From assembly GCF_009914755.1 (NCBI RefSeq), contig NC_060925.1: a stretch of 64,000 nt of DNA, one strand, 5' to 3'. The translations under genes and the position numbers were made by a program. This DNA comes from the human T2T-CHM13v2.0 reference genome, Homo sapiens. The notes beneath the pieces were generated by a model. That model was given only the letters and a program-made list of their open reading frames with translations, had not been told where the DNA came from and searched no databases. Shown in pieces: positions 54,030 to 64,000 of this stretch (position 1 is the first letter of the stretch; the number at the start of each line of letters is the position of its first letter).

Positions 54030-54550
54030 CCCTTCCTAGGTATATACCCGAGATAACTGAAAACATATGCCCAGATAATAAAAATGTTCATAGCAGCATT
54101 ATTCATAATAGCTAAAAAGTAGAAACAACCCAAATGCCTATAAGCTGATGAACAGATAAATAAAATGTGGTATATCCATAAATGAAATATGTGGCCATGA
54201 AAAGGAATGACATTCTGATACATGCTACAACATGCATGAACCTTGAAAACATGCTAAGTGAAAGAAGCCACACACAAAAGGCCACATATTATATAATTCC
54301 ATTTATATGAAATGTCCAGAATATGCAAAACCGTAGAGATAGAAAGTAGATTAGTGTTGCCAGGAGCTGTAAAGAAAGGGAAATAGACAGTGACTACTAA
54401 GCAGTAGAGAATTTCTTTCAGGGTGATAAAAATGTTTCGAAATTAGATAATGGTGGTGGTCTCATAACTCTGGAAATACTAAAGTCTACTAAATTAAACA
54501 CTTTAAAAGGGTAAATTTTATGATACATAAATTATGTCTTAACTTTGAAA
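54030..54550 (+). mobile_element. Old L1 (L1MB-type) 3' fragment
   Basis: CCTAGGTATATACCC..AATGTTCATAGCAGCATTATTCATAATAGC..ATGCTAAGTGAAAGAAGCCA..AAATTATGTCTTAA. Confidence 0.85.
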
Positions 54551-54995
54551 AGAACAAACTTTGTCTCTCTACAATTTCCAGGTTATCTCTACCCTCTAGA
54601 ACAAAAAAGAACAAGCCTTCTGCTTCTCTTACATGTAGCCCTTCAAGAATCTGAAGACAGTTATGTGGGCCTTTTGTTTTCTTTTTTCCAGGATTCAATG
54701 GTTTGGCGTATTCCTCAGTATAGGGTTATTTCCAGGTTTCTTCACCTTTTTAGTGGTGCTTCTATGCTTAATAGTAGTCATAATAATCAGAATGACCAAA
54801 ATTTTCTGCCTCCCTTCCCAGGTATATACCCGAAGTAACTGAAAACATATTTTCTAAGTACTTAACTATGTATTGTATATTTGCTAAGCATTTGATAGCT
54901 ATTGTCTCTTGTATTACTCGCTCCAGTGCTATATTATAATCTCCATTTTATATATGAGGAACTCGAAGCTTAGAAAGATTAAGATTTTACAGCTA

Positions 54996-55344
<349 letters not shown>

Positions 55345-57544
55345 CTAGAGTGCGTGTGCTTCAACACTAGGCTATCCTGCCTCCCCATCACTGGATGACT
55401 CCAGTTCATCAAAAACCTCTTTAAAAAGTGAGGCTCAAAATGGAAAAAGGCTTAACACATGTTCTTACCAGTGCAGCACAGAGCTGAACCATGACCTCCT
55501 GATCTGGACACTATGCTTTTACTATTTCAGAGTAAGTTCTTAAACTGAGGAGGCATCGTGAGAGCGCAGTTCAAGAAAGAATAATGCTCCGACTCATACC
55601 CAATGGATATGTGTACTTTTTTAGAAGCCACAAAATACTACTATGTGCTATGGAATACACACTCAGCTAAAATATTCAGAGCCTTATTTCACATGAACTA
55701 CTAGTGTACCCTATTTTTCTCATCTTATACTTGTAGCACATGTTTTTTGAACCCAATAATTGGAACTGTCATTCATTCCTTTTAAATCCATCATATTGAG
55801 TCTTTACTCCAAGTTTCCTTGATTGAGACAACTTTTACATTATACTCATACAATCACAGAATTTCAGCAGTGATCTCAGAAACCAAATGGTCTGAACCCC
55901 TATAGCACTGAAAAGGACACCAAAGCTAACTGATTTGCCCAAAGTTGGTTATCTGTGAATCTAGCAATTTCCCCAGTTTTACAAATATATCCCTATCTTC
56001 ACCTAGACCTTGCAATGAAATAGTACTTAACTGAAAGTGTATGACTAAGTCTTGCCCCAAGACTAGCACCTATTCAATCAGCTCTAACATCCTAAATGGA
56101 CCAGCATCCTATCCATACCTCTCCTCTCCCTAAGGACAGTCTGGAAATTCCTTGCTGAACCTAAGCATATGACTAAAAGAATAATCTTTCCTAAGCATAA
56201 TTTTCATGTCATTCTTCTGCTCAGAAACTAGCAACAGTATTAATACCAAGCCTTTCAAATCCAAGTTCTTTACAATCTCTGATCTGCCTGTCTGTCCCAT
56301 TCCAATCATCTAACCATCTTACTCTTTAGTAATCCATAACTCGAACACTCCATATTATTTCCACAATCTTGTTTACTGTCCCCTATATTAAAATCTTTTT
56401 AATTTCCAGTGAGAAACATCATGCTTCCCTTCTGGTATATCTCCAACTTAGGTTCCTTTCTTCCACCCTTTTTTCAAAAATCTGCTGTAAACCTGTCCTA
56501 TAGTAAGCCTTCTACAAATCATCCCACCTATCTCTGATCCTTCCAACAGCAGATGTAGTGCCATGTCATGCACTACATTGTCTCCACTGGTATGGTTCTT
56601 CTTTATTTAAGCCACTGTTATGTCTTTGCTGTACCTTTCTCAAACTCCCATCTAGATAGTTTTTGTGGGGAAGAGCCTGTCTTGAACCCTTGGTGTAGGT
56701 TCCCTGAATACCTGAGTACCTAAACCCCACTAAGCAGCTGGTTCCAAAGCAGGCTAAATTTCATGTGATGGATAAAGTCAGTCTCTCAATCCAAATGTTC
56801 CACAAAATCCATCTCTACTCTGTGATCTGTCTGGTAGAATAACAGGCCAAATCAACCTAATAGTCATCCTGAGGTACAGAATTATCCTTCACACCCCAGG
56901 AAGCTAAGCAGCATTATGGACATGGGAAGAAAGGGGAGTAATAGGTAAGACAGTCAGAAATAACAGACCCTTGTTTCCTAAGGCAGGAGATCTTTCAACT
57001 TGCAAATCCCTGTTCAACTGTGGTATAAGGAGAAAATATACTCTGTTAGTCTTGGTGGAAAGTAAGGTTCTCTGCTTGAAAACAAGGGCTTAAATAGCTG
57101 TCTTCTTGAGATGGCTAAAGTTGAATTTGGTTAGAGAGTGAAAACATGGCTAAACACCCAACAACCCTTACATATCTATAATTCCATTAAGCTACCCAGC
57201 ACACATTTTGGAAAATAGTCTACCACTTGAACTAAAGGTGTATATTCTAAAAAATAACCACAAAAATCTAACAGATGCCTTTCATCCGCAAAACTATATG
57301 AATGTTTTCCTCCTGTAGGGAGTTTATTAATTATTTTCATAACTGTCTCTTCAATGTCTCTCAGTGACTTTTACTTACTCTCTCTTCTCTAGCATTGAAC
57401 TCTGAAAGAACATACTTCACAGATGAGGTTGTGAATACAGAGAAAGGTTTGGGGAGCATTTTTCCATTTTAAACTCCATAAACTAATCTGAATACTTACC
57501 AGGTCCATAAAGATGTATTTATGACTTTTTCTTTAAAAGTCTCA

Positions 57545-57679
57545 GCTGGGCACAGTGGCTCACACCTGTAATCCCAGCACTGTGGGAGGCCAAGGCAAGC
57601 AGATTGCTAGAGCAGAAGTTCGAGACCTGCCTAGACAACACGGGCAACATGGTGAGAACCCCATCTCAAAAAAAAAAAA
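57545..57679 (+). mobile_element. Alu left monomer (FLAM-like)
   Basis: Single monomer ending CCCATCTCAAAAAAAA. Flanks AAAAGTCTCA / AAAAGTGTCA. Confidence 0.85.
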
Positions 57680-60600
57680 GTGTCATTTCTGACATTGAGA
57701 GGTCCACATTTCCATTGTTACTGTTCAAACATACGCATGGGGTTGGATGTAGAAAAGCAAAGGAAGGAAGAAAACAGAGAAAAACAAGGGATTCCTCCTA
57801 ATGGAACTAGAAAACATTCCATTTGAAGGATACCCCTACAGTTTCCTCTCACTTAAGCAGATGAAAACCAGACCCCAACCCTCACATCTCACTAGCAGCC
57901 TGGATTAGTTTACATGTAGCCACTTTACAGATTTCAACGAAGCTGGGATCTGAATAGCAATTCCAATCTATCTGGCAATGGCTGCAGTTCAGGATCAGTC
58001 TCCCTAGTAATACAGGACAGAAAAATTTGTTCTTTCACGTTTCCTAAGTGAATAGCCACTCGTCTACAGAAAAGCTTAAAACAGTGTAGCAGCTTGTGTC
58101 AGCTCCAAGATGACTGAAGTCTGAGCAGGAAATAAGCCCCTTTTCCAAATAAAAGCCAGTGTTCTCTCCCCTTGTTTTCTCCACCGAATGTTCTGTATCA
58201 GCAGGGTGAGGCCAAATTGCATCCAGGGCTTTGCTGCAGCTCTGTCTTTAGCTTTTTTTTTTTTTTTTTAAAAACGAGGATTTGGCCATTCAAAAAAAAA
58301 CAACAACAACAACAAAGCAAAATCCCACCACATACAAGAAGAAAAAGAGAGGCATGCTTTACAAAACAGCTATTTCAAAATCATGATTTTTAAAAAAACT
58401 ATACAGAATGTGGAACGAAGGGGAAAAAAAGTCTCATGTGGGTTGCGTCGGCACTGCAGCTGCTCCTCATTAAAGCTCCTCTTTACTCCCTCTGGGCTAG
58501 TTTCCAGCAGAAAATTCTTTGAACAGAACTCTGCTTTCAACCCACTTTCTTCTTGCGCTGGGCCTCTTGGCCCCCCAATCCGCAGTGGCAGCCTGCCCTA
58601 GCTGAGCTCTAGAGGGGGGAGCTGTCGTTAAGGTAAATGAGGTAAGGGCAGGGGAAAAAACTAACAAAACCCAGAAACCAAATTAAGCATCGGTCAGTAA
58701 CAAAGGTCTGCAGTTTGAAAGGCTCCAAATCAGTCTGTTCTTTCCTGTGACCATAATGCCAGCTTAGTTTCCTGCCCCCCTACTCTGTCCCCCCTGTTAA
58801 AGTAGATAAAAATAATTGCTAACAGCCAAGGCTAGCTGGAACCAGTGAAAGTTCCTATGTAACATTCAATTCCCAAGGCTCCGACTACAAACTTGTAGGT
58901 ACCCCAGAGCCTATAGAATCAAGTCTAAACTTCTAGGCTGGCATTCAGGAGGCCTAACCCACCTATTGGTCTAAACTCACTGGTCTCCCTCCTTTCAGTA
59001 CCTCCTGGCTGAGGTCTGATGGGCTTGTCAACTTTTTAATTCTGTCACTCTGTGTAAAGGTAACTAACTAGGTTATGCTAATTACCAACTTTGTTTTAAA
59101 AACATGCATGAGGACTTCTAGTTAACTTCCTGGTAAAGAGGGGAAAAAAAGAGAAGAAGCTCTGTCATACTACTTCTTGCCATTCCCACTCTACTCTCAA
59201 CCCCCCCTTCTCTCAAAAAAAAAAGAAAGAAAAAAAGGAAATACTATAGCTTACTCAGCAAGAAGGAAAAACAAAAAGAACTTTAAAAAAAAGTATTTGT
59301 GTATAGATTGGTGTCCAGAACTGGGACGCTTGTGGTAAAACACACTTTCTAGTGTAGTTTTTCTAGGGCCTTACTAGTTGTATGTGAAGGAAACAAAGAC
59401 AAGTATACAATCTCTCACTCTCACACACGTACACACACACATACACACTTTTATCACAACTAATACACAAAGACTACCAAATACTGCAGGGCAGCTCATT
59501 TTTCTACTATGTAAATTCAGCTTCCTGGACAGACCATTTCTGCTTTTCTTGTAGAAGTATTTCAGAAAATGTTAATCTTGGTTCCCACATTAGGTTGCAT
59601 GCTTCCAAATTAAAAGTTTCCCACAGGAAAAGAACTTCACGAGGAATTGTGAGGCTGGGAATTATCTCTGAAACCCCACCTCACTTAGTTTACATGTGTT
59701 AGGTTTTTCACCCCCTCATCTGAATAAAGCATTAAATACACACTGATTTTAAGAAACCTAAACCAAAAAGAAGCTGAAGTGATACGGACTTTAAAGCTGT
59801 TGATTCACAGCATCATTCATCTTCACTCAGACTATGAAATCAGTAACCACTGCAATGAGAAACCATGCTTTATTTATACAAGAACTTTACAAACATCCTT
59901 ATCTTCCAGTTTACAGTCTGGGCTCATTTATCAGAACTCAAAGGCTGAGCTGAGCACCTAGTCTCTTCAATCATCACTTGAAAGATTGGGAAGGGGCACA
60001 CAGTGTTAAAAGACTTGTGTTGTTGCTATAACAGAAGGTGGTCTTTCCTCTGTGTTCCAGAACACAATCAGGATCTTACCATACTTCACTGCACTGGACC
60101 CTGAGAAAATATCTACTTGTGATTAAAACATGGCAAACACATTCTAGACATATGAGTTTACAAAAAACACCCTTCGATGTAATGGACAAAACTGAATGAG
60201 TTAGCTCAGTTGTTCCCAAGGTATGGGCTGTGGAGTTATTGCAAGGGATTGCAATCCTTATAAATCACTTTCTAAACTACTAAACAGTATCTTGTCCATA
60301 TTTAAATATATGTATATGCTTTTATGACTAGTAAAACATAAAGATATATTAAATGATTCTTGAATTCTTAGATTTTGACAGTATACATTGTATTCAAACA
60401 ACACACTGAGAAATTGTTTCATCTCAAGCTCTCTCCTTTATGCACTATACTCTTGCTAAACGCCTTTCAGCTCCTAGAAAATGCTATAGTACACTACTTC
60501 TCACTTCCAGACCTCTGTACACGCTGTTCAGTCAGCCCAAAATGCTTTTCCCCACTTTCTCATGGCTAAGCCCTAAAATTTCATTAAGTCTCAACTTAAA

Positions 60601-63600
60601 TGTTATTTCCTGTGAAAAACAGCCTTGATACCCCCTCTGTTCTTATAACCCTGAGCCTGTGTTACTCATTAGCCCTTATTATGATTATCTGTCAACAGAC
60701 TAAAATTATTAATTCTCATACTCCCAGTGCCTAACACAATGACTGGCATATAGAAGGCATTCAACTATTCAGTGCAGAAGCACAAGGTCAAAATGAAGGG
60801 CTCTGTGGAATCTTTACCCCTTAAAAAGACCCTATAAATACACTTGAAGTTTGGGAACAACTGGGTTGAGCTATTTACCTAAAGGATTTTCAAAACTAAT
60901 TAAGATTCCTGATATATAGACTACTTCTTAACCCCCACTCACCCCTATATCAGTCAAATTGGGCCAACTCCATGCAAAGTAGATTATTTTTTAATCACCT
61001 TCCCTCCCACCTACCAAATATGAAGTTAACCAACACACACAGAGAGGCATGTGTGCATGTGCAGACATACACACACACAGTCCTCATTCCCTCTTGCACT
61101 TTTATTAGTCTTTCATCGGTTGTTGATAAAAGACTGACTACATAAACCACCAGGGACCTGGAGCCCTGACTAAGAAAAAAAAAAATCCTACAAAGTGGCC
61201 TCAATAGCATGAACTGCTAGATTCTGTAGTGACTGCCATTGAAAATTAAAGAAGATCTCTAGAAAGAAAAGTGTTGGAGCCTTCTTTCCATTCCCCAATG
61301 TTGGTGGATGACCACCTTCAAAGTTCTGAAGTCCAAAAAATATCTAAAAGCAGAGTAATTTAAAAAGCTTACTGTTTAGTCTAAAAGGATTTTCCTAGAT
61401 CAAAAACAACTGTACCTATTTGGATACCAAAAATGAAAAAGAAATAGTGCAGAATCTTTAGATTGCCTAATGGGATCTGGAGAAACAGCTCTTAGTCCCA
61501 GTCTACATTCTAATGAGTTATGTAATAAAGGCTAATTCGCTTAGCTGTATTACACCTCAGCCGCCTCACTTATAAAACAAAATGAGTGACAAAGGTGCTT
61601 TCCAAAGTCCCTTTGACCTCCTAAGTGTGATGACTCTATAATCTTGGCCTTTGAAGTCCCTTGGCAATACCACCCAAGGATGTAATGATGCTTGCTGATG
61701 TTAATGTTTGGGTGTTTGTGGTTGTATATGTCTTGACCACTGTCCCACTCCAAGCAGGGGATCCTAGGGTAAGAACTGTACTGTGTCTCTTTTTTAATAT
61801 CCCTCACAGTGCCCATCACCCTCTAGGTGCACAGATAATTCAATATACACTTATGTAAATGAATTGTTCCACAACTCACACTTTCAGCTAGCCCCTCACA
61901 GATGCATAAGAAAGCAAAGAACAACCAAACAGAAGGAACAATATATTTAAATAAGATAAGGGGAATGAAAAAGAATCTTGTGTTTAAAAGGGATAGAAAG
62001 GTCTAACCATCTTCTATCCCAAACAACTGGCCAACATGAGAGCCTGTTTTCTTGAGCATAGAATGGTGGTAGGTATTTCAGCCTCTATGGAATCTGACCT
62101 GCTGATTAGTTATACAAGGCTAAAACTGACTGAAGTGTGTATGTAAGACAACGGTCTGGGAAGAGAAGCACTAAATTTAAGCTCACAGGGAATCAACCAC
62201 TTAAAATGGTAAATTCAGATAGAACTTTATCCAGATTTCATTTTTATGCATCCTCTCTACAAGCATAAACGCTTATCTTACTCACTTCCCATCTCATGAT
62301 GCTATCATCAATTCTTATAAAATTTAGAAAAGAATAGGTGATGTCTCCTAATTAGAGAGTTTGCTTCTGTCACAAACTGTGACAGTCAGTGTCAGCCTTT
62401 GCCTGGAAGAAAATGAGTCACTTTTTCATTAGTAATCAAGTTATGTCTATTTTTTAAGAGTGACCCAGAAATTCAAGGCCATGAGTTTCAGCAATACGAG
62501 ACAGAGAATCAGACACCACAAACATTGTATACAAATAGAATTAAGACAGAAAAATTAAAGTCAAGGAGGTACAGAGTTACTTTTCAGGATGACTGAGGTT
62601 TCAGAAAGGGCAAGTTGCCCCGTAAAATATTCTCAAGATGTGTCTGGCTTACACAACGAGAACCAGTATTTCAAAATCTTAAAGTGACAGGCAGTTAAAC
62701 GACTAAGGCACTACCATCGTCTAGGCAAGAGAATCTTAACCACCATCAAATGTTTTCCACACAGAATAGGCAGACCTAGTTTATTCTGGAAAATTGAGGG
62801 TTTGGATATGTACTATATAATCAGAGGAAACAAGCAGTAAAGGACCTGAGCTAATTTGGGGTAACCAAAGACTTGGCTAACAGATGCTTCCTTACTCTGG
62901 ATCCCTCATATGAATCAGATCTGGCCAGCGATATGCTGGACAGAAGATATCTGAGGTTGAGATACCTGATTTCTCAACTAAGGGAATGAACTATGCAGTA
63001 CATGAAAACCAACCCTCTTCTTAGTGCCTCTGTTTTCCTATCACTTCCCCTATCCCAATCCATTCTTGCTCTTGCCTTAGAGATTCTTAGATTCTGATTT
63101 TCCTCGCAAAACATGGCCACAAGCCTACCGCCTCTCTGTCTGGTAGAAGTACAAGAATCAAGAGTCAAGGCCAAAAAGGTCTGAGGGAAGGAGCATAATT
63201 GCTCCCAGCTGCCCTCTCTTCCTGTCCCCAGGTCCTCTCCTTCACCCTCACTCTAGGCATTCTACCTCCAAACGTTCAAGTTAACATGTGCTAAAGGAAG
63301 GATTTTCTAAATCACTTACCTGTCACTGTGAAACTAGATTAATCCACATACTGGTTTAGTAAAACCTCACACAAACCAGCATATACACAGAAGACAGCAA
63401 TCAAGATGAAGAAAACGTTTGAAACTGTGTCATTAAGAAAATGTGATGAAGAAATTGGTAATGATTATTCCAGGAAATAACAGTCCCTTCTAGTCTCCTC
63501 AGCTCCCTTCCTCTCACCCTTCTCCTACCTATCCGTCTTCTAAGGCACCACTAATATTCAAAGATTTAGGATCTAAGCAGTGCACCAAAAGTCCTCTGAT

Positions 63601-64000
63601 TTTACTCTTTTGTCCCACAGTACTTGTTCCTTTGTCTGAGTGTCCATAGTTATTATCTGTGCCCCTACACTGGGATATTACAAACTGTTTTATTTTACAC
63701 ATCTCTGTATGCTTCATCTCCCCAGCAAGACTTCAGAAGACTGCCACCATGTCTTATGCAGGAGAAACTGCATTCACTGTCAGACAGTCTCTGGGTACGT
63801 ATACTTGTGAATAAGGAAGTCAGGTAACACAGGCCTCTTGGGCTTTTCTGGGTATTCACAATACCCAGTACAGTGATCAGTTATAGTAGCCTGCTCAATA
63901 AATACTAGTGTGATAAAAATTAAACTTTTGTTTGAAAAGTGAGGATTCTATAGTGCTTCAGAGTCCATCTAACTTTCAGTGTTCAGCACACAGGATTATA

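Overview
This is 64 kb of primate (almost certainly human) genomic DNA inside NOTCH2, which is transcribed on the minus strand. The window runs from intron 2 (right end) to intron 12 (left end). It contains coding exons 3-12 (end of EGF1 through EGF17, including ligand-binding EGF11-12), all with GT-AG boundaries; exons 4-12 are symmetric phase-1 modules. Exons 5-12 show this is NOTCH2 itself and not a truncated NOTCH2NL paralog. The introns carry many Alu, L1, L2, MIR, CR1 and hAT fossils plus microsatellites. Main observations: (1) In intron 3, a 2.6-kb chimeric retroelement with two different LTRs: THE1A LTR + THE1 internal stub + antisense 28S rRNA fragment + HERV-L integrase/dUTPase + MLT2A LTR, flanked by a near-perfect 5-bp direct repeat and containing templated micro-insertions. 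(2) In intron 4, the ancestral form of the NOTCH2NL terminal exon, still carrying the 4 bp whose deletion creates the NOTCH2NL C-terminus. (3) The exon 3-exon 4 junction recreates the exon 4 splice donor over 11 nt, making exon 4 a candidate recursive-splicing exon. (4) A perfect AT-rich palindrome with 43-bp arms in intron 11. Repeat family names and paralog comparisons rest on recalled consensus sequences and need RepeatMasker or BLAST confirmation.
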